NCBI GenBank assembly: GCA_018901125.1
Contig: JAHIFE010000178.1
Span: 4,989-68,988, forward strand
Direction: 5' to 3'
From: Pseudomonadota bacterium
Lineage (GTDB): Bacteria; Desulfobacterota; Desulfobacteria; Desulfobacterales; RPRI01
Length of the DNA: 64,000 nt
Made by a program: the position numbers and the translations under genes. The notes under the pieces are model-generated. The model searched no databases. It was not told the origin of the DNA and was given only the letters and a program-made list of their open reading frames with translations. The stretch's first letter is position 1. Every line of letters begins with the position of its first letter. This document shows positions 30,962 through 43,508 of the stretch, piece after piece.

Positions 30962-32875
30962 TTATAATCCCAGACCGGCACGACGTTCGTCTATTGCAGC
31001 CAGAAGTTTTTGCGCAGCTGATTCAGGGTCAAGATCTACTATAAAATAACCGCCTGTTATATCTTTGATCTTATCCGTAAGTATCTGGGTTACAAGCGCG
31101 CTTCCGGTTACAGGAAGCATAACTCCGACATGAGTCGGAAGTCCTGCGGCAACAGCATATGCACCGATAGATATAGCTTTTTCGGATACGGCTTCTGCCG
31201 CCGACGCCACCACCGGCAGCCGGTCCGTATCAACACCCAAGTAATTTGCAACAGCTACTGCAAGAGCGATTGCTCTTGAATTATCCACACATGAGCCGAC
31301 ATGCAGCACCGGAGGAAGCGGGCCGCCGATACCGTTTGCCTCGCCGATAGCAGTCAGTACTGCTTTAAGACCTTCACCGCAAAGATCATTAACGTTTGAA
31401 GGATCCATAAATCCATGGCGCATTAAAGCTCCGGCTCCACATCCTGTAGCGATAGCAAGCACATTGTTTTTGAGAAGTATGCGGGCAATAGTAATAAAAT
31501 TTTTGTCCTGAGCCACTTTGACATTATTACATCCGGCAAAAAGACAAACTCCGCGGATATTACCTGATTTGATATTATCGACAAGCGGTTTGAGAGGATC
31601 TTTTTCATTCAGCTTTGAAAGTGCCCCCACGATTGCTTCTACGGAAAATCCCGCTACCACATTGGATTTAATGTCCGGAATATCCACAGTCCTGTTCTTG
31701 CGGCGCTTAAAGCTTTTTATGGCGATATCAAATATTTCATCAGCCTTTTCGGCAGCCATCTCCTCATTAAATTCAATGTGCATGGCGTTTGTGATTTTGC
31801 AAAGATCCATAGTTGTAATTACAGGAGTTCCAAAACATTCGGCAACAGACACCACAGACGGCATAATACACTGGTAATCCACAACCATTGCATCAAGCGC
31901 GCCGGTAACAATGGCCATCTCCTGGCTTACTGAATGGGTGCAGGACGGGATGCCGTGGCGCATCATGATTTCACTTCCGGTACAACAAATGCCTACAATA
32001 TTGATACCTGATGCTCCGGCCTCAACAGCTTTATCATTTGCCTTTTCGGCCAATGATACTATAACATCTGAAAGTACGGGATTATGTCCATGCATTGCAA
32101 TATTAACGGCATCAGCTTTTAATACACCCATGTTGGCAGCGCTTGCTTTAGGCTGAGGTATGCCAAAAAGAATATCCGCCAGATCAGTTCCCATATAACA
32201 GCCGGCCAGATCGGCAACAGCGCAGCGCAGTCCGGCAAGAAGAAGACTTACCGGATCGGCATCCACTCCATACAAAGTCCGGTGCATGATTTCAGAAATT
32301 TCATGGTCGATACCTTTAGGCAGCAACCCGAGATCGCCAAGCAATTTTGCGCGGGCCGGAGTTACTACGGTTGCAGCCCACAGTACCGGAGTATCCTTTT
32401 CATGAAAATCAGCAAGAGCTGCTTTTGCAACATCTTTGGCTATATCATTGTCTGAGCGGTCATTTACGGCAATACCAAGGCGCGCAGCTACACTTTTAAG
32501 TTTTTCCGCTTCCTTGATAGAATAGTCTTTTGCCTGTCCGTTTGCTGTCTTTAACAAAGTATGAGCCAGATGTCTTGCATGACCGGAATGAGCAGCAGTG
32601 CCTGCTGCGATTGCTCTGTCCAATCCTCTTGCAACCATCACATCAGCTGAGGCTCCGCAAATTCCCGTTTTCGGGCCTTCACCAAAAGGATCAATCCGGC
32701 ATGGCCCCTGAAGGCAATGTCTGCAGCAAAGGCCTGTGTCTCCGAAACCGCACTGAGGCTTCATGGCCTCGTATCTGTCCCAGACGGTTGTAATATTATT
32801 TTTTTCAGCTTTTGCAAGCATCTGCAAAACTGCCGGATCAGTGCTTTTGTCACGGGATAGTTCCTTATTGGACAT
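30962..32875 (-). CDS. cooS: Anaerobic [NiFe] carbon monoxide dehydrogenase catalytic subunit
   Basis: D/B-cluster CGFGDTGLCCRHCLQGPC..GICG; C-cluster ligands HGHNP, GICCTG, DYQC, AGCNN, TGCG, GSCVD; SEKA lysine. Confidence 0.98.
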   Translation of the reverse strand: MSNKELSRDKSTDPAVLQMLAKAEKNNITTVWDRYEAMKPQCGFGDTGLCCRHCLQGPCRIDPFGEGPKTGICGASADVMVARGLDRAIAAGTAAHSGHARHLAHTLLKTANGQAKDYSIKEAEKLKSVAARLGIAVNDRSDNDIAKDVAKAALADFHEKDTPVLWAATVVTPARAKLLGDLGLLPKGIDHEISEIMHRTLYGVDADPVSLLLAGLRCAVADLAGCYMGTDLADILFGIPQPKASAANMGVLKADAVNIAMHGHNPVLSDVIVSLAEKANDKAVEAGASGINIVGICCTGSEIMMRHGIPSCTHSVSQEMAIVTGALDAMVVDYQCIMPSVVSVAECFGTPVITTMDLCKITNAMHIEFNEEMAAEKADEIFDIAIKSFKRRKNRTVDIPDIKSNVVAGFSVEAIVGALSKLNEKDPLKPLVDNIKSGNIRGVCLFAGCNNVKVAQDKNFITIARILLKNNVLAIATGCGAGALMRHGFMDPSNVNDLCGEGLKAVLTAIGEANGIGGPLPPVLHVGSCVDNSRAIALAVAVANYLGVDTDRLPVVASAAEAVSEKAISIGAYAVAAGLPTHVGVMLPVTGSALVTQILTDKIKDITGGYFIVDLDPESAAQKLLAAIDERRAGLGL

Positions 32876-32942
32876 ATTATAATTCCTCCTTGAAAAGATA
32901 TGTCACGGCCTTCAGGCCGGAATTAATTTTCATATTTATAGT

Positions 32943-33183
32943 CGTGAAATAAACAGTATTATGAAGTAAAATGCAAATACATATATCTGCAATCTAAAGT
33001 TTATTTCCACAACATGCAGAGTATAAATCTTTTCTTTACAAATAAGTCCTTATGACATAATTATATAGAAATAATAGTTTATTTCACGGCAATGAATCAT
33101 AAATAAGACCGTAAACAGGATCATAAATAATTGGAAACAATAATCCGGCAGATTTGTAAATATTTCATAAATATTATGAAATA
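32943..33183. promoter_or_regulatory. Divergent cooS/por control region with palindromic sites
   Basis: CGTGAAATAAAC (32943-32954) and its perfect reverse complement (33077-33088); 10-bp perfect palindrome TATTTCATAA-ATA-TTATGAAATA (33161-33183). Confidence 0.5.
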
Positions 33184-33221
33184 CAGGATGTTATGGTGTG
33201 AATTACGACAATTTTATATAA

Positions 33222-36785
<3,564 letters not shown>

Positions 36786-36793
36786 TGTCTCAG

Positions 36794-36816
36794 GGGGCAA
36801 CACATGTGGTTGCCCC
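36794..36816 (+). terminator. Intrinsic terminator of the PFOR gene
   Basis: GGGGCAAC-ACATGTG-GTTGCCCC followed by a T-rich tract. Confidence 0.75.
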
Positions 36817-36827
36817 TATTGTTATTT

Positions 36828-36910
36828 ATTGTTATAGTGGCAGGCCGTTTAACCTCAATCCTTTGATATTGCCTTCTGTAACCGAGGTATCCAATAACCG
36901 ACCTCCTTTA
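36828..36910 (-). pseudogene. Decayed 5' fragment of a PilZ gene paralogous to 39275-39616
   Basis: Minus strand SD TAAAGGAG, TTG, then ...YRRQYQRIEVKRPATITI versus VDRRQYHRIEVKWPATITL in the intact gene; a 1-nt shortfall puts the TTG out of frame and the rest of the gene is missing. Confidence 0.75.
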
Positions 36911-36999
36911 TCACAGCGCTAAATTCAAATTAAGCCTCACAACAGCCATACGGTAGATAGGTTCTATTTAATAGAGGTATCTTTCGATTTAGACTCTGA

Positions 37000-38832
37000 T
37001 TATTGAGTTTTAAAGCTCCAGAAAATATTCCCGTATACAGGCCCTTTGTACCAATAATATCCTCTTGTCGAGCTGTAGCATTGAGAACCTGATGTTATTT
37101 GTTTTATGACTGGACAAATGACTCCCTTTTCTTTCCAGCAGTCGATGCCACATGTAACGCCAGAGGGGCTTGACATCGGAGTGAATTCCCAGCATGACGT
37201 AAAAGGCCAAACAGGCTCATTGACCCATGTAAGTCTGCCGGCTCGAAATTCAGGACCACTTGACGATGTTGAGAATGAATCCCAGAGTCCCTGCCCACTG
37301 CACGTACCATTGCATGTATCCCCGCTCATGAATCCGTAAACACACGCCCCAGCAATGGGATCAGGTACTCTTCCATTGAAAACATCGTAGTAAACCGCTT
37401 CAGAAGTTGGTGTGTATTGGCCAATAGGTAGACCGGCATAACCGCCACTGTCCATAACGTAATAATACCTTTTGTGAAGGCTGTTAACATCACCGACAGT
37501 AAATGTATAATTGCTTGCATAGTTGAAGCAATATTGGGTTGCACCATAACAGACCCGGTATCCGCTTTTTCTTATGACCCTTGTCCTGATGTTCCATCCA
37601 ACGGCCCGCATCATGCCGATGGTGCCTGGCCCATATGCCCCGGCTTTTTCGGCTTCTCCATTAATGGTCCATACCATATAATAGCGTGCCTTACATGCCC
37701 AATCGGTAGACCCACAATTTGGTGTAGCTCTTACGTCCGTGGCCTGCTGAGCTCCAGATCCTTCAATATCTGAGACATCAAGGCTGAACGGTATGTCTCC
37801 CTGAAGGGTACTGCCTTGGATCTTGTAACGGTTAGGTACTTGGAACATCTTGCTATCCATAGTTATATCTGCGCCATTTTCCCTAAAACCAAGGTATCTT
37901 TTGTATTCGTTTTGAGCCTCATCCAGTCGGCCCAGCCTTTCAAGAGCAACTCCTTTCAAAAAATGAGGATAAAAAGCCCTATCCTCGGATGGTTTCAGCT
38001 GGTAAAGAACGGACAGTGCTTGCCGGTCTTTCTTCCTGTCCAACAAGTACTCTCCATAATAGACAACAGCGTTGATATCTCCTTCGTTGCGCATTGACAT
38101 TGACTTTACATAGAACTGATCAGCCCTATAGTCGTTGAGACGAGCCAGCGCCCGTGCATATTGGAGCGGTATATCACCATTGTGAGAAAACAGTTCAAGC
38201 ATCCGGGAAAAATACGTATCCAAAAGACCTCTTTCACCCAACAATGAAAGGCTGTATGCAACCTCAACATAGTAATGTGGGATACTCACTGGTTGGTCAT
38301 GATATTTGGTGCCTATCTCTTCTGCCGTGATATATGCCTCCGCAGATTTTCGGAGATACACAATATCATCTGTGACCTCGTAAAGCTCACCGTAGATTCT
38401 TGCCAAACCTTCGGTGAGGTGTCGGCTCTCAGGATATTTTGCTTGAGCTTTCCGGATGCGTATGACTGAAGTATTGAGCCACTCTCTTGTTTCTAAGCCC
38501 CCTGTTTCTATCTTTTCACTGAAAACCCGTTCTTTTACCGATTGGCCGATTCGATTCATTGTATCAAGATAGAGACTGAGAATCTCCTGATTCTCATTTA
38601 CATCCACATAATCAGGTCCAATCAGCCTGAACTGGTCAACAACCTGCTTATCGACGTTGTCAATTTCCATGTCAACCTGAATTGCACTGCATTCGATGGT
38701 TCCGTCTCCCCTTTCATCACATTTTTCACAGTTCGTTCCATAAACCACTGGATTATACATGCATATAATAAGGAAGCTTAAAAAACCGATAATGAAACAG
38801 CGGGCAATTCGCAAAAAGTATCTTGTTTTCAT
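37000..38832 (-). CDS. Secreted 610-aa protein: TPR-like helical region plus a Cys-rich C-terminal domain with a SleB/CwlJ (Hydrolase_2)-like motif
   Basis: SD GGAGGTG, signal peptide, TPR-like FLKGVALERLGRLDEAQNEYKRYL, motif MVWTINGEA...GMMRAVGWNIRTRV, 12 Cys in the C-terminal ~240 aa. Confidence 0.7.
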   Translation of the reverse strand: MKTRYFLRIARCFIIGFLSFLIICMYNPVVYGTNCEKCDERGDGTIECSAIQVDMEIDNVDKQVVDQFRLIGPDYVDVNENQEILSLYLDTMNRIGQSVKERVFSEKIETGGLETREWLNTSVIRIRKAQAKYPESRHLTEGLARIYGELYEVTDDIVYLRKSAEAYITAEEIGTKYHDQPVSIPHYYVEVAYSLSLLGERGLLDTYFSRMLELFSHNGDIPLQYARALARLNDYRADQFYVKSMSMRNEGDINAVVYYGEYLLDRKKDRQALSVLYQLKPSEDRAFYPHFLKGVALERLGRLDEAQNEYKRYLGFRENGADITMDSKMFQVPNRYKIQGSTLQGDIPFSLDVSDIEGSGAQQATDVRATPNCGSTDWACKARYYMVWTINGEAEKAGAYGPGTIGMMRAVGWNIRTRVIRKSGYRVCYGATQYCFNYASNYTFTVGDVNSLHKRYYYVMDSGGYAGLPIGQYTPTSEAVYYDVFNGRVPDPIAGACVYGFMSGDTCNGTCSGQGLWDSFSTSSSGPEFRAGRLTWVNEPVWPFTSCWEFTPMSSPSGVTCGIDCWKEKGVICPVIKQITSGSQCYSSTRGYYWYKGPVYGNIFWSFKTQ

Positions 38833-39229
38833 TTATGCACCTCCCAAACAGTAATTTTTGAATATGCTCTTTCTTCCTATAAACCTTTAAAACAACATAT
38901 GATTTTAAATTTTATAATTCCATAAAAAAATGTCAACAAAATCTTTAGAGGTCGAATTTTGAATTACTGTTATTATACGAACCCTATAAACCATCATACC
39001 GAACTTGATCCATATATAGATTGCCGGATAGCACTAAAGCTTGTTTAATGCCCGCATTTGTGGAAATGGCGAAAGGAGTTTGTCCGGCTGTGATTTAAAA
39101 GTACGGAAGAAATCTCCTCACATACAAAGTAACCAGCAATAATTTGAAAATATTTACACTTTGCTTTAGGTTGGAAGTAAATAACTATTTGTTATTGTAT
39201 AGTAATGAACTATAAATTAGGATAGGTGA

Positions 39230-39253
39230 AGGGGCAGCCACAGGGTTGCCCCT
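39230..39253 (+). terminator. GC-rich hairpin with T-tract, paralog of the PFOR terminator
   Basis: AGGGGCAGCC-ACAG-GGTTGCCCCT followed by GTTTTGTTTTT; same GGGGCA.C..GTTGCCCC arms as 36794-36816. Confidence 0.6.
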
Positions 39254-39274
39254 GTTTTGTTTTTAAGGCGAATT

Positions 39275-39616
39275 TCATACAATATTTGCGGAAACAAAAT
39301 CTTCGAAATACTTTTGGTCTTTATCAAATATTTTGACAATACATATTCCGATTCCTACCGTTTTATTCTCATCATCTATTGCACAAAGATCAGACCACAT
39401 AACTTTACCGGAAATTTGTATTACCTCATAATCGGGGGGCATTATCTCTATTGAATATATTTCACCCAAATAGAGAGCTTCATCACAGCATATTGATATA
39501 CCCTGAGCACATATATTATTGATTTCGCACTCAGCAACTTTGCCGTTTAATGTAATAGTGGCAGGCCATTTAACCTCAATCCTGTGATATTGTCTTCTGT
39601 CAACAGGGATACTCAA
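39275..39616 (-). CDS. Stand-alone PilZ-domain protein
   Basis: RRQYHR (RxxxR) and NICAQG (N/DxSxxG variant); TTG start after AAGGAG. Confidence 0.85.
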   Translation of the reverse strand: MSIPVDRRQYHRIEVKWPATITLNGKVAECEINNICAQGISICCDEALYLGEIYSIEIMPPDYEVIQISGKVMWSDLCAIDDENKTVGIGICIVKIFDKDQKYFEDFVSANIV

Positions 39617-39844
39617 TATTAAATCTCCTTTAATAAAGTTCCAAATTGAAAAATCACCAGATTTGTCTGATCCTTATAATTGTAAAATACTGCAAAGTCA
39701 AACAATAAGACTCAATAATTTATACAGATTCATGACAATTGCTGTATGAGTGCGTCAAATTTATTTGACAGTATTTAGATGCCGTTGTATTTTTAAAATA
39801 AACTGCCTATATAAAATGCCTTTTTTAAAACAAATATTATAAGT

Positions 39845-41326
39845 ATGAAAATAAAACTATTTATTCATTTATATACAATATGCCTGTTAACTTTTTTTTT
39901 GCCGCTTGCAACATACGGGGTGGAAAATGTGCGAAAACCCGTATATGCCGGCTCCTTTTACCCATCAGACAAGCACGAATTACAACAAACAATTAACAGT
40001 CTGACAGGCCAGGTCAAAAAAACCGCTTTTGCTGTTCCTTCCCACAAAACATTAAAGGCGCTTATTCTGCCTCATGCAGGTTATATCTATTCCGGGCTTA
40101 CGGCTTCTTATGCATCTTTAGTCCTATCAGAAAATCAATTTTCAAAAGTAATAATAATGGGTCCGGATCACAGAATTGGTTTTAATAATTGCGCTCTTTC
40201 AGATGCCGATGCGTATGAAACACCTCTTGGTTATGCGAGGATTCATAAAGATGCTGAAAAATTGCGCAACAAGAATCAGATGTTCGGATATCTTCCTGTT
40301 TCGGATAAAAACGAGCATTCCATCGAAGTTGTTCTTCCTTTTTTGCAAACTTATCTTAAAAGTTTTGAAATTATTCCTATTGTTATCGGTTCAGGTGATT
40401 ACTGCACAATAGCAGAAGCGATTGGCCCATTGCTTAATGACAAGACACTGCTTGTGGCAAGCTCCGATCTTTCGCATTATCTTGAATACCGGCAAGCTGT
40501 AGAAAAAGATAAAGAAACGATAAACATGGTATTGAACCTCGAAAAAGATAAACTAGTAAAGCGCGATAACAGCGCCTGTGGTAAAATTCCAATTCTTACG
40601 ATCATGGATCTTGCCGGGAAATACGGATGGGAGCCGGTCCTTCTTCATTATGCGAACAGCGGAGAAACAGCCGGGGATCGCTCACGGGTAGTGGGATATG
40701 CAGCAATTGCTTTTTATGGAGAACCTATTATGGAAAAAGAAAGTATTTTAAAAGGACTGAATGAAAAACAGGGGCAAATACTTATCAAACTTGCAAGAAA
40801 AACTATTGCAGACAAGCTTGGTATAAAAAACAAACCCGAACAGGATTTATCCGCTATCAGTGAAGACAAGAGCTTTAAAAGGCTAAGCGGCACTTTTGTT
40901 ACCCTGAAAATTCATGATCAGCTTCGCGGCTGTATCGGGAATCTTGACAACACCGATACAATTACAGAAGGTGTTAAACGTAATGCCATAAATGCGGCAT
41001 TCAATGATTTTCGTTTTTCTCCGCTTACTGCAAAAGAATTTGAAAATGTAGAAATTGAAATAAGCATACTTTCCGAACCAAAACCACTTAAATACAAAGA
41101 TGGCAACGATCTTGTCAAAAAACTACGGCCGAATGTCGATGGTGTGATTATCCGCAAAGGCTTTGCAAGCGCAACTTTTTTGCCTCAGGTGTGGGAACAG
41201 CTGCCGCGTCCCGAAGATTTTCTTACACATCTTTGCATAAAAGCCGGTCTTTCCTCTGATTCATGGAAAAGCTCAAAGCTGGAAGTCCTGACGTATAATG
41301 TTCAATATTTTGAAGAGGAAAAATGA
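39845..41326 (+). CDS. amrB: AmmeMemoRadiSam system protein B (MEMO1) - protein A (AMMECR1) fusion with a signal-peptide-like N-terminus
   Basis: MEMO motifs PHAGYIYSG, GPDH, EHSIEV, SSDLSHY; AMMECR1 motifs FVTL..LRGCIG and FLPQVW. Confidence 0.92.
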   Translation: MKIKLFIHLYTICLLTFFLPLATYGVENVRKPVYAGSFYPSDKHELQQTINSLTGQVKKTAFAVPSHKTLKALILPHAGYIYSGLTASYASLVLSENQFSKVIIMGPDHRIGFNNCALSDADAYETPLGYARIHKDAEKLRNKNQMFGYLPVSDKNEHSIEVVLPFLQTYLKSFEIIPIVIGSGDYCTIAEAIGPLLNDKTLLVASSDLSHYLEYRQAVEKDKETINMVLNLEKDKLVKRDNSACGKIPILTIMDLAGKYGWEPVLLHYANSGETAGDRSRVVGYAAIAFYGEPIMEKESILKGLNEKQGQILIKLARKTIADKLGIKNKPEQDLSAISEDKSFKRLSGTFVTLKIHDQLRGCIGNLDNTDTITEGVKRNAINAAFNDFRFSPLTAKEFENVEIEISILSEPKPLKYKDGNDLVKKLRPNVDGVIIRKGFASATFLPQVWEQLPRPEDFLTHLCIKAGLSSDSWKSSKLEVLTYNVQYFEEEK

Positions 41327-43421
41327 AAGCCGGGTATTACTGGTAGTAATTGCGACAGGCATCTCCTCTGTCGTAACCCAGTTATTGACTATTCGCGAAT
41401 TTTTAGCTCAGTTCCAGGGTAATGAATTCGTAATTGCCCTGATATTATTTTCCTGGCTTGTTCAGGGTGGTATCGGAACTTTCTTCTCACAATTTTATAT
41501 AAAAAGACATTTACCGTCAGCCAAATTTCTTGCTTTTCTTTCCCTGATAGTTGCAGTGCTCCCTGCTTTACAGATTCTTTTAATAAGGCAACTTCGTGAT
41601 GTTCTTTTTATTCATGGAAGTTCAGTAGGATTTTACCCCACATTTGCATTTATTTTTTTAACAACAGCTCCTTACGCTCTTCTTGTAGGTTTTGTCCTTC
41701 CATACAGTCTTTTTGTGTTAAGAGCTTTTCAACCGGACTATCCCGGTACAAACATATATATAGTGGATAATCTTGGAGATATAGCCGGAGGAGCTTTTTT
41801 TTCTTTTTTTCTTGTTTATTTTTTTTCACCGCTTCAATCGGTTTTTATTTCAAACCTTTTTATTCTTGTAGCAACATTTCTTCTTTTAATAAATTCCGGC
41901 ATTTTGCGCATAAAGGCTATTACCTGCGTATGCATTGCCCTTGTAATTCCTGTTTACGCCGTTTTTCTTGAAAATAAATCACTTCTGCCTCGTGAAGGAA
42001 GTCTTGTCTATTATAAGGAGTCAAAATACGGACGAATCGCAGTACATCAGGACAAAGAACAGTTTACTTTAATAGGCGACGGGGTTCCTCTTTTTTCCAA
42101 TCAGAACATTTCAAATGCCGAAGAATCGATTCATTATCCGCTTTCCCAGATATTGCAACCAAAACATATACTTATAATTTCAGCTGAAGGTTCGATTATG
42201 AAAGAAGTGGAGAAATATCATCCGGAAAGCATAGATTATATCGAACTTGATCCGGAAGTATCCGGTGCATTGTTTCGTTTTGGGCTGCTGAAAAAAATTC
42301 CTGGACTCAAGGTGATTAATCAGGATGGCCGCTCGTATCTTGCTCATTCTGATAAAATCTATGATGCGATAATTGTCAACCTGCCTGAGCCTGAAACATA
42401 CCAAATCAACAGATTTTATACCGACGGTTTTTTTGATATAGCAAGAAAACATTTGTCCCAAAATGGGGTTTTAAGCTTTTCAATGCAAGGATATGACAGT
42501 TATCTGGCAGAACCTCAACGCCAGAAAATATCATCGGTTTATAATACCTTGTCAAATCATTTTGACAAAATCCTCCTGCTTCCGGGTGAAAAGGTTTATT
42601 TTTTAGCTTCCAGGTTTTTTCTTGATGCCGATATTCCTTATTTGCTTGATAAAAAGAATATAAAAACCGATTACATCAGCAATTTTTACTACGGCAATCT
42701 TACCGAAGACAGAATCAGTCATTTAAAAGAACTTATTGACCGCACAGCTCCGGTTAATACAGATAATTATCCGCAGCTGATGCGTATTATGTTTGCACAG
42801 TGGTTTTCAAAATTTTCAACATCTCCTTTAGCCTTTATTCTTCTTTTATCGATAGTAAGCATAATATATCTTTTTTATATGAAAAAAGAAGAATTTGTGC
42901 TTTTTTCAACTGGATGTATGGAAATGGGAACCGAGATTCTTGTAATATTTGCTTTTCAGATTTATTTCGGATATATTTATATCAAAATTGGCCTTATTAT
43001 AACCGTGTTTCTTGCAGGCCTCCTTCCCGGGGCCTGGGCAGGAAATAAAACAGCAAATCAATACAGTCATTTTAACAGAGCATCCCTTGCAATAACTGAC
43101 GGAATTCTTATCTTCTTGACAGTACTTTTGATTCTGATCTTTTTAAAGGGCGGGGATAAAATTCCTTTATCCGTTTTTCTGGTATATGGTTTTATAGTAT
43201 CGATGACATGCGGGTTTCAATTCCCAACGGCTCTGAAATTGATGGGAGACAGCAATCCTTCTGTTACAAGGCTTTTTTCCGCCGATCTTATCGGAGCCGC
43301 CGCAGGCACACTTTTAATAAGTGTTGCTATTATCCCCTACTTTGGAATTGTCTGGGCTGCGATTGCGCTGATCGTATTAAAATTGGTCAGTCTGATTTTA
43401 ATGCGCTCTTATAAAGCCTGA
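41298..43421 (+). CDS. Polytopic membrane protein with a central spermidine-synthase-like (SAM-binding fold) domain
   Basis: About 7 N-terminal and 6 C-terminal TM helices, ESKYGRIAV, EESIHYP, IELDPEV, DGR, DAIIVNLPEP, ADLIGAAAG. Start may be TTG 41310. Confidence 0.82.
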   Translation: MFNILKRKNESRVLLVVIATGISSVVTQLLTIREFLAQFQGNEFVIALILFSWLVQGGIGTFFSQFYIKRHLPSAKFLAFLSLIVAVLPALQILLIRQLRDVLFIHGSSVGFYPTFAFIFLTTAPYALLVGFVLPYSLFVLRAFQPDYPGTNIYIVDNLGDIAGGAFFSFFLVYFFSPLQSVFISNLFILVATFLLLINSGILRIKAITCVCIALVIPVYAVFLENKSLLPREGSLVYYKESKYGRIAVHQDKEQFTLIGDGVPLFSNQNISNAEESIHYPLSQILQPKHILIISAEGSIMKEVEKYHPESIDYIELDPEVSGALFRFGLLKKIPGLKVINQDGRSYLAHSDKIYDAIIVNLPEPETYQINRFYTDGFFDIARKHLSQNGVLSFSMQGYDSYLAEPQRQKISSVYNTLSNHFDKILLLPGEKVYFLASRFFLDADIPYLLDKKNIKTDYISNFYYGNLTEDRISHLKELIDRTAPVNTDNYPQLMRIMFAQWFSKFSTSPLAFILLLSIVSIIYLFYMKKEEFVLFSTGCMEMGTEILVIFAFQIYFGYIYIKIGLIITVFLAGLLPGAWAGNKTANQYSHFNRASLAITDGILIFLTVLLILIFLKGGDKIPLSVFLVYGFIVSMTCGFQFPTALKLMGDSNPSVTRLFSADLIGAAAGTLLISVAIIPYFGIVWAAIALIVLKLVSLILMRSYKA

Positions 43422-43423
43422 TT

Positions 43424-43478
43424 AAAGCGAATAACGAATAGCGTATAGCGTACAACGATTTCCGCAATTCACTATCCG
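43424..43478. repeat. Degenerate 7-bp tandem array at a gene junction
   Basis: AAAGCGA ATAACGA ATAGCGT ATAGCGT ACAACGA, then TTTCCGC AATTCAC TATCCG. Confidence 0.7.
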
Positions 43479-43508
43479 GCTTATGATTTGATTAGTAGCC
43501 AGGAGATT

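Noticed and set aside
39020-39095. Possible riboswitch (c-di-GMP-I or fluoride) upstream of the 610-aa gene; 6-bp closing stem GCCGGA/TCCGGC with an internal hairpin
   Set aside because: Only fragments of the consensus (GGACAAAC, GGCGA..GGAGTT) are present, without the required GAAA-loop/receptor or spacing. An Infernal/Rfam scan would settle it.
41298-41345. Possible frameshift at the start of the spermidine-synthase-like gene (overlapping ATGA at 41323 is out of frame)
   Set aside because: An in-frame TTG at 41310 and ATG at 41298 give a continuous ORF, so no frameshift needs to be invoked.
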